A stretch of DNA of 63,125 nucleotides, filler included, from Choristocarpus tenellus KU-1152 (GCA_964200185.2; 10 parts of 10 records of this genome joined end to end with filler, not necessarily neighbours in it); one strand, 5' to 3'; positions 48,286 through 62,153 are shown, counted from the whole stretch's first letter. A program made the numbers and translations. The notes: generated from the sequence alone by a model not told the origin.

Positions 48286-51200
48286 CAGCATTGCAGCTAG
48301 TAAGAGACTGCAAGTCTTTTTGTTTTAGGTGGAGTGTAGAGTGTTGATTTTTTTTTCTTCATTGATACAGTTTTGTCGGCGACAAAATACTGCTTGCATA
48401 ATGTTAATGCGCAATAGCAACCCTAACCCTAAGATATCTTACTTCAATGTATTTCAAGAAAGGCAGTGGTGGATTACCACACACACACACCCCTGACGTG
48501 CTCTTCACATTGACTGGCTTTTTCTCCATATGAGAGCCACAATACATGTAAGGGGAAACAAGCACGGATTATTGAACAATACGTAATGCACTCATAGGCA
48601 TGAAGTGATAGTTCACACGCCAGGAAAGAAGAGGCCCCCCCCCCCACCACCCCTCTCTCTCCACACCCTCATAAATGCCTCCTATAGTACCTCTGCTACG
48701 AAAACCAAGTAACCACTGTGACGGGTGGGATTTTTTTTTTTTCTTCAGGGGACAGCTTCAAGTACATGAAGGCAAGCTGGAGGAGGAGAGAGGTGCTGTT
48801 GCCAAGATGGGGAAGGAGGCCTCTGCCATGGAGGTTCTTATCAAGGTTTGTCCTGTAGGCAGATGTGGCCGTCCCTGCTACAAGCATTCAGAGTTTGTCC
48901 CCAGGTGGTTCTTGCCTGCTTGGTAGGTTTTGATCTTTAGATGTGAGAACTACTGTTAGCACTGCATTGCATGTGGGAAGTTAAGGTTTGCTAGAGGAAG
49001 GCTTCTTCAGGCGTGCATGCTACTACTAATACTGTACTCTTGTTTGTGTGTGTGGGGGGGTAAAGCTGTTGTCCTATGCTATGTGCCTTGCACTCTAGCC
49101 ACAGCAAAACAATACTCTGTTTTGGACAGTGTACAATGTAATCGACCTCTGGTACAATTTATTTATTATATATATAATGTAATAGAACTCTCTCCCTACT
49201 GTGCAAGGTAGTAGACCCGCAGCAGGAGGCTGGTTGTGTTTCTAAACAAGAGGGAAGAGGTTGGTTGGGTCTCTGTTCGCCCAAAGTGTGAGAAACAGAA
49301 AAGACAGTGTTAGTAACGCCAATGGCATATACGTGAAAACCCCAATCTGTGCCGAAGGCTCTAGCAACGACTTGTGAAGAGTAATACAAACAGCACCAAA
49401 CTCTACTTAATTCACAGGAGCTGCACACAGGAGCTGTGTGAACTGAAATTATTTATCAATTTATTTATTCATGAGAAACAGAAGGTAAAGACTTCCTTTT
49501 TATTTTTCACTTTTATTTTTTTTGACAATTCAGCATCGGTTCGAACAGCCGAACAGCTTGTGGAGCGGGCTGTAAATGCACAACATGGTATTCAAAAATG
49601 GAATTTAAAATATCAGATTCTTGCTGAGACTTACAGCAATCAGAATGGGCGGACCAAGCCAGATTTCGCTGATATATTAGGGTACCATCATGGTCAGTTT
49701 TTGCATGACCCCTCCCAATAAATAAAATCCCAAGATCAAAGCCGGTACTGTCTGCATTTGTTTGATGCCCGTGGTGCAAAGAGTTTGATCTGATGCATGT
49801 CGAACAGGAAGAGTGATTGTGTGAGAACAAAAATATATAGTTCCATTTTTCTTTTCTTTTTTTAAAATTTGTGTGCCGGTTTTTAAATATTAATGAACGA
49901 AAAAAAGTAGAAATGAAGAGTTTTTAAATATTCATGCTTGAAAACCAAGAAGGGTGCTACTTGTATCCACAAGGTGCTTGTCCTGAAACATATTAGTAAT
50001 GCTCGTAGACTGCACCACATCTCTCTATGTATGTATTATGTATTATGTATGTATGTATGTGTGTGCATGTATGTATATATAAACATGTGCACAAAACATG
50101 TTTCAATATTCCTTACCTCAAAAATTGCTACCAGAGTATTTGAAGGTAGAGGGTCTGTGTGTAAACATATCACAACTCTTTTTATCAGTTCTTGGAGTTA
50201 GCATGGACGATGACGGGGGGGGGTCCTGATCATGGCTACTGCCTGGCCTGTGGTCTGGACATGTGGAAAAGATTGACAACTGTGGACCAGTCCTGTTATA
50301 ATATATTGGTATATTGGTATGTTGGTACTCTGCCTGGCAGTGTCCAACTCGTGTTGAAGTATTAATGGTTTACAGTCAAGGACAAAAAAACATTTTAACT
50401 GGAATGGCCAGGTCAGGATGGTGGTTTGGACTGCGGTCCAATCAAAAGATGTGATCCAAAATGGTCCCAAATACTCAATATTACAACAAAACTCGTTTTT
50501 CGTAAGTTTGTAATATGGCGGCGGCCTGTGGGATGGCCATGTTGAAATTGTTGGTGACCGTTGGTATCGAAGCAGTTTAACCAAATTGGCCCGGTCAAGA
50601 TGGATCGGGCCCGTCTGGTCAAAGCTTTTGTCCCAAATTGTCGTAAGTGTTTGTGGGAATATACATATTTTTTATACATCTCGTCAGCCTCTCCTTTTCC
50701 TGTTCTTTGTGATAAGAGTAATTGGTACTGGACCACACTGATATTTTACAATCCATTTTTGTTCTTTAATGCAGTCCCATCTGCAGTTACAATCATCAAT
50801 GGTCCTGGTTCGGACATGTGAGAACATATTAGAACCTGTTTAACCTGCAGACAGGACAGGTTCTAGAACTTGGACCTGGACTGGAAATACCAGAGAATAT
50901 CGGAACCAGTCCAGCTTGTGGACCAGACAAGTTCCAATACTCTGTGGACTTGGTCTGGGCATTTCCGAAAACATCGGAACAGGTCCGATCTGTGGACTGG
51001 TCCTGATGTGCATGCCCAGCCTGATGAAAACCCCTCTAGAGATGGAGCCTTATCCCTCGTGTCTCTCATACTAGGAGTTGCTTGGCCGGTGAGGGTCACT
51101 ATCAATAGGATTGTGATACACTACATTGCACCATGTTTTTGTTTTCCTGTGATTATATTCTGTTTTTTTTAGTCATGTACTGAATATCTATGGTTCCCCA

Positions 51201-54112
51201 CCCCTGCTCCCACCCTGTACCTTTCCTTAGCCCAATCATAATTACAGCACCTCTACTGTTACCCATGAAGGGGGCCATATACGTCCCCTTACTTGATCCG
51301 AAACAGGCCCTCCTAAATACTACACAACCCAAGTAGTAACCTCAGGGTTCTGTAGTTCTTTACTGCGCTTGTGTAGGAGTGTCTAAAGCACGATGGTATA
51401 TACCCCAATAAGAACGTCTTCTCAATACTGGTACACAGTACAATGGAAGCATCATACCATACTCAGAGAAGTAGGTCATTGTAGTACCTTTGGGTGCATT
51501 TGGGAGAGTAAATTGGGATTTATCCACCTTTTTGAGAGCGAAAAGGATAGCACCTTGTGGTCATTAGTGTATGCCTATTGGCAATCTCACTGGAGGTGAT
51601 GTGTATCCTGCTCTATTTAAAGGGTAAGCATGTCAAACGTCACTTTTGAAGTAATGTGAGAAAATGTGCCAGAGGTTTTGTAGTATACTATTGCTTTTCC
51701 GCTAGCCATGTGAAAAAGTTGAGGGGTACTGATGATTACTACTGTGAAAAAATGAAGTAGTTCCTGTGACAGTATGATAATGTATCTACTAGGGAGCTGC
51801 AGATGGTAAATGGCCAAATCAAATGCAGACAGACTTTTGCTTCATCAGGAAGTCTTTCACTCAAAACTGACAGCATATTTTCTGTCCTGCTCCATAGTGC
51901 TCTGTAATGGGCAGGACAATTCAACCCAACCAATCCAGGCATGGGTATGGAAGAGGAGGATGGGGAAAAGGATCTTCTATTGAGGTGTTCAGCACAATAT
52001 GTAGCTGTGTATAAGGACACAACCCGTTGCACACACAAACATACACACAGCAGAGCAGTAGGCAGGCTTTTTGGTGAGTTTTTTGATAATTTTCCCCTTT
52101 CCTCCCTTCTCTACCAACTCCCATCCACACTCTCTGGAAGCAAAGGAATGTATCCCATTATATCTATTTTTTTCCTTGGCCTAGGACACAACGCCTCTTT
52201 CGGTGCAACACCCGGCAAGGGATTTTTTGGACATATTGAAGGTTACACAGAACATTGTTCCTGATTGTTTCCTGGACAAAAGACAGGTCCTATGGGCAAG
52301 TAGATGCGGGAAGAATATTATTTTTTTGTTTGTTTCTGTTCCATTTTTTTATATATTTGGTTCTATCTTGGAGGGTGGTCTATTGGTTAAACCTACTGCC
52401 TTGATAAACTCATTCCCAGGTGAGAAGCGCAGCCAGCCCCCCTTAAGAGTGAGTACATGGCTGAAGAAGAGAGGGTGGAAGCTAAAATCAAATCAGAGTC
52501 TAAATCAACGCGAACAAAACTGCTCTTGAGAGTGTAGTGCTACAAGGACAGGGCCTAGGGGCTTCGGGGATTTGCTGGGCAGTGGACCTGACCTTACCGA
52601 GAATAGCATGTCACCAACAGCGGCCTGATCAACTGATGCTACACAGTGGAAGAGTGCTGGACAGTGGATGATAGAGGGCAACTGCCACCTCAATATTTTC
52701 CTGGAAATGGATGTTATTGAGGAAGTGGGCCCTGCCATTGTTTTGAATTGATGTATATAGCCGGTTCAATAATACAGAAAATCCTAGAACTCTGCTGGGT
52801 AAGAAGTAGGAGGTTGGTAGAGCGGTATAATTCTTAGGGTTCTTTCTTACTTTGCTCTTCTACCTTATCTCTTTTCTCAAGTATTTATTTATGTATTTAT
52901 TTATATATTGTTGTGTTGCATTGTGTCTTCCTCTGATTTTCTTTTTTAATATGAGCCCGATAGGCTTCCCAGACTAATGTGAAGGAAATAATATATAATA
53001 GTAATGGTAATGATAACAATAATAATGTTAAAAATATGCATTTAACTCGGATGGTGTAACTAGTTCCACAGGTATTTGTTTTATTTTATAACAAGGACCC
53101 CCCCTACTCCTAAACCCTAGTCTGATCCCAGTATTGATTTGTTTCTTGCATAACAAGAGGACCAGAAATAATAACCCTGCCCTGGCCTTGCACAACCATT
53201 GTGCACCTTAATGCCTTCTAGGAGATGGAAAAGAGCAAGGCTGACGTCGAGAAAAGGCTTGAAGGTGCCCTGCGAGCACAGGAGGATCTTCGAATGTCAC
53301 TGTTGGTGAAAGATAAGGTCCTAGAGGACAGATCGCAGGTGTGTGCGCTGTTAGAAATAGAGTACAACTAAATGCCGGGCTTGCGCATGAGGGGGGATTA
53401 CAATGTGGTTTGGGGTAGAGAGACTCGGTGACCGTACCACTGAGCACAGTGTTGGGAAGGTGAGGGTGGGGTACAGTGAAATCATGTCTGTTGTTGGACA
53501 TTGAATATATATTTCTAATGCCATTAGTCAATAACCTCAAGGGGTATTCACAATAGTCCAGAGCTGCCTTGTGCCTCCGTTCTGATAGTGGATATTCACA
53601 ATAGTCTGATAGTGGTAGTACTTCAAGGTAGTATACACCCTCAATACACACTGTGATACACAATAGTACTAAGTACATAACACACTTGCTAAGTTTTTAT
53701 TTTTGTTATTCTGAACATCGCTTATCTCACCTATTTCCCACTTCCTGGTTTTGGTTTTACATGGTAATGTGGGGCACACCTTACTACTACTAATAATAAC
53801 ATACAGGTCATCACGGAACTCAAGGCCAGGGAGGCGGAGGCGCTTGGGGAGGCTGAGGGGTGGAGGGGAAGGCTGGAGGCTGCGCAGGCAGATGCAGATA
53901 GTCAATTGGAGGCTGCCAGGGACCAGGTCTCAGAATTGCAGGCACAGGCAAGACCCAGTGAGATGGATGGACGGACGAGGGGAGAAGGGAGCATACCCTA
54001 TTGAGTGATGTGATGTGATTATCTGTGATGGAGGTTGAAGGGTTGCTCCCATAATTCATGGGATGTAGTTTTCCGTTTTACTGACTGCTGGGATGAGTAT
54101 GCATTGGGGGAT

Positions 54113-54165
<53 letters not shown>

Positions 54166-55822
54166 GAGGAGGGAGAGAAGGGAGATATCAATATGAATAG
54201 TGATGTTGACTGTTGTTGATAGTTTAAGTGGAAGGTGAACATGGTCTGTCTCAGTTTTTATGTGAGGGTTAGGGTTGGGATTAGGAGGATGGAGATCAGA
54301 GAGGTCCTTGCCTCTGTTGATTAACTATATGAGTGTGTAGGAAGGGATCATTATCAATCAGAGTATATATTGTAGTATATGAGTGTATTGTACAGTTGAT
54401 GGTTGATTGAAAGATACATAAGTTTGAGGTGATGCGCAGGCAGTTATCATAGTTTATTATTCTTTGAGGAAATAGACGCAGAGGGCTTGGGGCAGTACCA
54501 GAGCTCTCCTTGTTACATTGCACAAGTGTGACTCTGTACTCCAAGGATAAAATACGGAGACTGTAAGTAGTACACAGGAGTTATGTAAAGAGTTCTCTTT
54601 TTGTGTATTGATTTTATTCTTTTCATTGGATTATGGTGTAGCACACCACCACTTGTCAAAGGACCATGACCCTCTCCCTAGCTCTACAAATGGAGTAGAT
54701 GCTCCCTCCCAACTCCCCTCGCCTTCCTTGCGACGTTCTTCCTGCTGTCTTTGTCCTCTCAACATGTTTTTTTATATCCAGGTTGTGGCTCTTTCAGGGG
54801 TGGAAGACCAGCTTCGAGATGTTTTCAAGGAGCTGCGGAGGTAAGGGGAGCAAGACCTCAGAGCATGAATGATAATATCACTGAAGATCCAGCCCTTGAT
54901 TTCCTGCTTCAACCTCTCCTATGGTGCCCCTTCCTCCTATGCAACTACTGAACTCAATAGATGTAAGGCGTTTTTGCTGCTTACAGCCCTTTCCCACAGT
55001 CTCTGAGAAGAGCTGTTCAGTTCATTGAGGGGAGAAGCGCACGATTTCGCATTCAAACCTTGAGGTTCAAACCTTGAAGCAGAGAGAGAGAGAGAGAGTA
55101 GGTTGGGCAAGTATTATCTGTTGTATCTACTCTGGGGCAAAACAGGGAGAAACAGAGTCTCCGCATGCAGAGAATAAAATTCCGATGGAGATTATTTCTT
55201 GAGATTATATCCGATGCGTGAGGATACTGTACATTCCTTGTAATTGTTAGGATACTGTACATTTCTTGTAATGTTTGTTGGCGCAGGTGTAGTGTACCTC
55301 TGTAGTGTACCTCTGTAGTGTACTGGCACTGTACCATTTTTTATATTTTTATGACAAGAACCTGTGTACTTGTTGAGAAGGTTTTGATAAGAGATGGAGA
55401 GTCAATGAATGACAACAGTAGTGTTGGTGAGGAGTGAACTCATTCTGACACTACCATGATTAATGGTACCACATCTATGATTAGTACATATTCGACTCTT
55501 GAAGGTACCAAAAGGTGAAGCCAAGTATCAAGTCACACGTTCCTCAGTCTCCCTCTCCTCCTCCCCCTACCCACCCTCACACACATCCACCCTGGGTGTG
55601 TCTCGTCTACCCCACTCCTCTTCACACTTCCTGTTTCTTGACCCCGGACCCACACGTGGTTTTCCACAGGTATCGCAGGCGAGCACTAGAAGATAGGGAT
55701 GAGGAGCACAGTGGCGAGAAGGTCCAGAGTAGTGACAAAGGAGTGGCGGCGGCAGTGGCTGAGGCAGCCAAGGAGGCTGAAGAACTCAGGGTGCAGCTAA
55801 AAGCCAAGGATGATGCCCTCAG
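47267..55822 (+). CDS. Internal exons of a long coiled-coil protein (family not identified)
   Basis: Six phase-compatible exons: 47267-47370, 48749-48845, 53222-53338, 53807-53947 (or -53926), 54782-54840, 55670-55822. E/A/L/K/R/Q-rich helical sequence without Pro (AALYKARQEASAWQEERAHLQGDLEIARKRLRELG...AEAAKEAEELRVQLKAKDDAL). Confidence 0.85.
48237..48283 (+). repeat. (CA)n microsatellite
   Basis: Pure dinucleotide run; a similar one lies at 59125-59156. Confidence 0.95.
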
Positions 55823-56364
55823 GTGACGTTGGTGGACTTGAGCAATGTTTGTGGTACGATGTAAGGAAACATTTTGCTTTTGAAAGTTTTCCTTTAGGCA
55901 TACCTTTTTATCTGGTGCTTGCATCTCTTGTTGAGAAATTCCATCATGTTCTGTGGAGGGGTACCTCAGCGAGGTATGATACAGAGATTTGATTTCTTGG
56001 TTTTGGCTTTGTCCACTGCTTCCCATTCAACCTGTTCCCTTTCTCTACCCTCTTGATGTATGCTATACCTTGCTGTTGGACCGTTGCCTGCTATACCCAT
56101 TTGTTTGGGCATCTATACACAGACATGATCCAGTTCAGACTTAATCAAAGTTCATAAACTGATTATCTGTCTGATCTGTCGATTACAACCTGTTTGTAGG
56201 TTTGTAGACCCCCTTACCCCCATTCCCACCAATGATAACCTATGGTCACTTGCTTTTTTCCTAAACCCATATTGATCCTCTCATGGCATTGTACACCCCC
56301 CCCCCCCCCCCCCCCCCCCCCTCCACCCCCCCCCCCCCCCCCCCCATAACCCCACAAAAAAAAA

Positions 56365-56464
56365 NNNNNNNNNNNNNNNNNNNNNNNNNNNNNNNNNNNN
56401 NNNNNNNNTTAATTAATTAANNNNNNNNNNNNNNNNNNNNNNNNNNNNNNNNNNNNNNNNNNNN
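56365..56464. other. Artificial contig linker
   Basis: N44-TTAATTAATTAA-N44. Confidence 0.98.
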
Positions 56465-56710
56465 TTTTGTGTTGGTTGTTTTCTTTGGGGGGGGGGAAGA
56501 GGAAGAGGGCTCGAACTTCTTTGGAATGAGTTTTTTTTTTGTGTGTGGTGATTGGCATGTGCTCTGTGTACAGTAGATGGTAGTTGGGGGTTAGGGTTAG
56601 GGGTTTTCAGATGGAGTGAGGGTTGGTGCACTGTGCTTTGGTGTATTACTTTGATTTTGAGAGAGATTGGGACGACTTATGGAATGATATCTCATGTGGG
56701 TTGTTTGGTG

Positions 56711-57052
56711 TAGGGTTAGGGTTAGGGTTAGGGTGTAGGGTTATGTAGCCTGTCGTTTTGAGTTTTTTTAAGGTTGTTTTTGTTGGGGTTGATTTTTTTT
56801 ATATTTATTTTTGTTTGATCTGTAGATGATGTAATTGGAGTTGTTCTATTTTATTAGTAGGGCTCTTTTCCGTGGCGGGTTTGATTGATTGGTTTATTTG
56901 TTGGTTGATCGGTTTATTTGAGAATATGCTCAAGTCGATGCCAACCAACGCCTACCAAATTTTTGTGAAATTCGTGACAAGGGTCTACAATAGATCTGAT
57001 CAATGCCTCTCTTATTGATTTCGTGGTTAGGGTTAGGGTTAGGATTAGGGTT
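56711..57052 (+). repeat. Two interstitial telomeric tracts (56711-56743 and 57025-57052)
   Basis: TAGGGTTAGGGTTAGGGTTAGGG and GGTTAGGGTTAGGGTTAGGATTAGGGTT. Confidence 0.93.
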
Positions 57053-58006
57053 GTTGTTGTTATTGTTGTTGTTCTTGTTAATGTTGTTGTGGTTGGAGCT
57101 GACCCTAAGGGTATTCAATGAAGGACCCGTCACTGATTGTTCTCAGAACATTCCCGTCAAATGCCACAGGTGGAATCGATAGCTATCACCAATGGCATCG
57201 ATATACGTCAATATGTGTATTATAATATGTTATATTATTATTATGCATATTATATTCTTATTATTATGTATATTATATATGCTTAATGAAAAATAAATAT
57301 ATATATATATATATACGTATGAGTGAAATACTTGTTAAACGAGATGAGGAGAATTTAAGAAGGAAGAACAATAACTTTGTAACACCTGAGCCATTCCATC
57401 AAGCCTTGCTTGTCTTTTGAGGTTTTTGTTTGAAGGGCAGCATTGCCCACAACTAACTACCCTGGTTTTGAGAGTTCTATTACCTAGACGATCTCTCCTC
57501 AATCCACTGATTGTATGGTCTTGGCATTGCAGTGGCTGTTAAGAAGACTTGTGCTTGTAGGTTGATCATTGCTTATATATCCGCATGAATCAGAGTATAT
57601 AGTAAGAGGTGGTGCTGGTGTCCATCTTGGTTCTGTGTCCATTTTTTGTTTTCTTATTGATTACAAAAACAAGAAAAAAATAAATTTTGTGAGATTGAGT
57701 AATTTTTCAAAGAAAAAGTTAAATATTTCCTTTTTTGGAGATTGTTTACCCGTCCACAGAATCTTTTTTTTGTTCTTCTATTTTGAGAACACATTGCGAA
57801 GAATCTCCAACAGGGGTCTCGCCTGAATTTGAATTCTGGTTGTGAAAATGAGATATCAGACATCATCTTTCCAACCACTCCTCACAACAATGATTGGCCA
57901 AAGCCCCCCCCCCCTCCCCTAGGATGCATTTCTGTCTCAAGTGTTGCATTACTCTCTGACGTCCTTCTTGATATGGGTAATAATAATAATGTTATCCATA
58001 ATGCAG

Positions 58007-59120
58007 GTGGGCTCAGAGGCAGAGATCATGAATGCTTTTATGGCTAGTCTCGAGGAGGCTCAGGGGGCAGGGGTTTTTACTGAGAATCAGGCGTTGATGT
58101 ATATTGGTACCAAGATGAGGGCGCCTCCCAAGGCAGGGAGTCGGGTCATGCGTAAGCCAATGCAGTCGTGAGTTGTGGTTAGGGTTAGGATTAGGGTGGG
58201 GGGAGTGAGAAGGGTATATATATATATATTAAGAGTCAGAGTTTCGAGTGAAGTGTATGGCTTCAAATCTGGTTGCAAGACATGTTTTATTTTTGGGTTT
58301 GGTGGAGTTTCTGGATCAAGATGTTGTTGTGATCTGAGGAGTTGTGAGGTGAGGGGTGACATGGTATTGGTGTTTGTATTGGTAATGGGGTATGAGGTTT
58401 GAGGTTAAGTGGTTTGGTTTAAGAGGAGTAAGATGGAGGGTGGGTTATTGATATCGCAGTCCTGAGGTTAAAGGGATAGGTTAATGTATTTTGGAAAACA
58501 GTTTGGTTCATTTTTTTTTCAAGAGTTATTTGAAGTTGTAAGGGAAGAAGCGTGTTGACTGATTTGGGGTTGAAGTCGATATTTAATTATTTTGATGTCT
58601 GGATATTTTGGGTATGGTGTTGGGTTAAAAAAAAAAAATGAACTAGTTTTGTGTGCGTTTTCTTAATTTACTCTATGATGAGGTCATGAGGTGCTTTTAA
58701 CCACCTCCATGTCAAGACGTGTCTATCTGTTCGTTGTTGTGTTGGGACAGACGAAGTAATTTGTTTTTTCATGATATTTTTTAGTGCTTGTGGTATTTTG
58801 AAATATCTTTGTATCAGGGCACTTATGATGCTATCGCCCCAACCCTAACCCTAACCCTAACCCTAACCCTTGCGGAAGGTGCACCAGTGGACGGAATGAC
58901 AACCGCCTTCTTCTAAACGAAATCTCGGTCTTGATTTTTTTTTTCTCACAGTGAACAAAAAATTAATAAATAATAGGACAAAGGATTTCATTCTACTGCT
59001 TATGTCTCTATTTTTTTTTGTTGTAAATAATAGTAGTTCTCACTCCTAAGGGTGGTGTTGAGTAAAAACCCAGGTTGATCTGTATCCTCTCTTTCATTTT
59101 TCTTGTTTTGCTAACCCTGC

Positions 59121-59158
<38 letters not shown>

Positions 59159-59308
59159 GTGTCTGGTCTCTCTGTTTGATGATCATGTCATGTTGGTGGG
59201 GGTTTTGATGGGGGTTTTGGAATGTATTCCAGGTTTAGGAAGCCGATGTCAGCTGAAGATGAGGCGAGGGACATGCTTTGCAATGTGATTCTCAGTCATG
59301 TGCCTGTG
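58007..59308 (+). CDS. RPC2: DNA-directed RNA polymerase III second-largest subunit, two internal exons
   Basis: Exons 58007-58167 and 59233-59308 splice in frame: VGSEAEIMNAFMASLEEAQGAGVFTENQALMYIGTKMR...SAEDEARDMLCNVILSHVPV, matching the RPC2/POLR3B segment +G.E..+..AF..SLEE......+FT..QAL.YIG.K+...+EAR++L...IL.HVPV. Confidence 0.9.
58838..58870 (-). repeat. Interstitial telomeric tract in RPC2 intron
   Basis: CCCAA(CCCTAA)4CCCT. Confidence 0.95.
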
Positions 59309-59684
59309 GTGAGCCTGATGTAGTTTTTGATTCTTGAACCAGGTCTCGGATTTGCTTTTGGTGATTTGCTTTTGGTGGTTTGCTTTTGGTGGGGTTGGTG
59401 TCGTGGTGTGGGTGGAGGTGGAGGTAGGCATGGGTGGAGGGTTTGGTAGGTTTATTATCTCTTAGGTCCTATAGTTGAAGTATTGGTACTGGTACCAAGG
59501 GGGTGTACTTTAAATTGTCAATAGTAATTGAGAGGCGTGTGTTGCATGTTTCGTGTTTTGTCTGTTTCATGTATATATATATATATATATATTAAAGGTG
59601 AAGGGGGGGGGGGGGGGGGGGGGGGTGTGTTTTTTTTTTGTTTTTTAATATTATCATAGAAAGAAAAAAAAAAGGAAGAGCGAG

Positions 59685-59784
59685 NNNNNNNNNNNNNNNN
59701 NNNNNNNNNNNNNNNNNNNNNNNNNNNNTTAATTAATTAANNNNNNNNNNNNNNNNNNNNNNNNNNNNNNNNNNNNNNNNNNNN
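59685..59784. other. Artificial contig linker
   Basis: N44-TTAATTAATTAA-N44. Confidence 0.98.
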
Positions 59785-59946
59785 GGGGGTGGCCGCTGTC
59801 CATTTGGGGTCAATTTTTTCATGTCGCGATTTTTGGGTGATTTGGTTGTATACGTCGGATGGATAATGTAATTGCACTTTTCCTGGCTGTGACCCAAATC
59901 AACACCCTAGTGTAGAACCCCCCCTCCCCCCTAGATACTTTGGGTC
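59785..59946 (-). mobile_element. MITE family A, nearly full copy at contig edge
   Basis: Reverse-orientation homolog of 4168-4468, ending AGATACTTTGGGTC. Confidence 0.9.
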
Positions 59947-60559
59947 TGATTGGTTTGCAAGTTGTTGAAGTATGGAACAACTTGACATGGTGAGTGGGAG
60001 TGTTAGTAGTACCATACAAAGTTTTCCAAAGTGTGTTCAGTGAAATGCAGCGGTAAAAAAGGAATTGCGTTTGACAGTTCCAGTCAAAACAGTACATTCT
60101 AGAAGGAAAGATTCTAGACTTCTAGGTACAATTTCGATGTACTCAAGAAGACAGAGAGATCTGAACTTCTAGGAGTAACATTGTTTTAGACCTCTGGTAT
60201 TATAAAGTGGAGAGAGTCCCACACAATCTCCCCACCAAGTTTCCAGAGAGAGGACTGAGCTCTTCTACAGAGTAGTTTGATCTGCAAGTGCAAGAGTGTG
60301 CAAGCAACAATAAACATGCAGCAAACATCTCTCAAGACATGCCTAAGGAGAGGGAGTCGGTGTTGGTGAACACAAGAACCAACAAACAAGAATAGCATAT
60401 GAGACATATGCAAAGGGTATTTGGTCAGCTTCAAGTCTGTTCTCTCCCGTAGTAGCAGTGCACAGAACAACCAGAGTAGACTCTCTCAGCACTCTTACAA
60501 GAATGCATATGACTGTTGTTGAATGCTGGGATGTGGTTGCAACTGCATACATCCTCCAG

Positions 60560-62153
60560 GTGCTTGACAAATACGAGGGCTCCCATATTCATGAGGACCT
60601 GGTACCTAGCACACTGTTTGAGGCGATGTTCCAATTTGCAGACAGGGAAAACAAAAAAAAGCTTGCTAAGAGAGATTTAGAGGTACTGTTCCAGGTGAGA
60701 AAGTTCCTTTTGAACTCCAGTTTTGACGGTTTACTATTCCTTTTTTGATTTGAGAATTACTAGTCCTTTGAGGTATTCAAAACCTCCGCCACAGTGATCT
60801 CTCCATCAACATGCCTTGCAGTGCACACATTCGACAGCACCTGCTGATGTTGGGGCGGAGTAAACACTCACAAATTGCATACCCTCCTCGCACATGCACA
60901 AAAAGAAACCCAAAGCACTAAAACATGCTTTGAAGGGTAGCTTATGTCTTCCCCTCCGAATTTCCAGCACAAGCTTCAGTCTAAGGCCAACACAGTAACA
61001 ACTCAGAACGTGCCGCCATGTACAAACTTAGCAAGGGCTTGCAAAACATCTACTTACTCTAACCCTAGCCCTCTGATGCAGTACAAGAAACCAATGAGCT
61101 CCTGGGAAAAGGACACTATTTGTCACAGTCTAAGACGGTGTTGGCCTGATGTTGTGCCTTACATGTCGTAATATTTCTGGGTCCTAGTGACCCTATTTGG
61201 ATTGGGGATGCTAATATATACCCTAGAGTATATATACTACATTTAACAATCCCTATGCCTATCTCCTATCCACAGACCCTGAGCCTACCGTTCGGCAATG
61301 CTAATATCCATCATGTGATGACCAAGTACGACAGCGAGAGTTCTGGCTTCATTAAACTGGAAGAGTTTATCCACTACATGAAGGTTCAGAACAGAGCTTT
61401 CTTCCACAACAATCAAACGCCGTTAGCTTGTTGTCGTCTTGTATTTCCAGTAGTAAAGCTCTTGTGTGAATGGATTAGTTGTCGTGCCAGAAACCCAACC
61501 GACAAACTTTTACTTTACAACATGGAAACCAATTCCAGAATTTTGGCGGTTAGCAGTCAAACAACATTTTCACTCTATTACTTCTGGTCCGAAATAGAGC
61601 ATATCAGCATGATTTTGCCAAGAAAAAACCTCTTCTGTTTTGAGGCATCAGAGAGACATTTTATGGGATGGAATAATAAAACATGCTGTCTTCTAAGAAA
61701 GGAAAATATGTATGCACAAAGTACATGCAAAGATTCATAATAAGTATAAAATAAATTACAATTATATATGTATAGAATGTCTGAATGAAACAATATATAT
61801 ACCTTTGAAATATGTCACATCTACTAGTCAAAGAGGTTTGTGCATTTCAACCCGCACTTTTTCTTGTAGTAGCTCTGCAAAGCCTGAGCACGCATCAACT
61901 ATTGCATGGTTAGACTTCTCTTAGGGGATCCCAAAGCTACGTTGCATCCTTCAAGAAGACCTCTGTGTGGATCTCTAGTTACCTTTCTCCTCCCTCTTCT
62001 TGGTCCATGGACAAGGCTGCCCACATCTCCAAGAGAAAGATGGATGAATGGGTGATGTGTACAGCAGATGGGAAGGCTTGGTCTATTCCTTCAAGTGGCT
62101 TCCTTCGTGTGGACTTCTTGGAGGAACCAAATGCGGAACATGTCGTTTCGGAG
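60560..62153 (+). CDS. EF-hand-containing protein, three internal exons
   Basis: Phase-0 exons 60560-60694, 61276-61383, 62016-62153. Degenerate EF-hand FQFADRENKKKLAKRDL paired with near-canonical MTKYDSESSGFIKLEEFIHYM. Confidence 0.8.

Noticed and set aside
54113-54164. 52-nt poly(G) as a G-quadruplex element (also C runs at 56295-56345)
   Set aside because: Homopolymer length is unreliable in short-read assemblies and no other support is visible
2716-59784. Recurrent palindrome TTAATTAATTAA
   Set aside because: Always centred in N44 flanks; an assembly spacer, not biology
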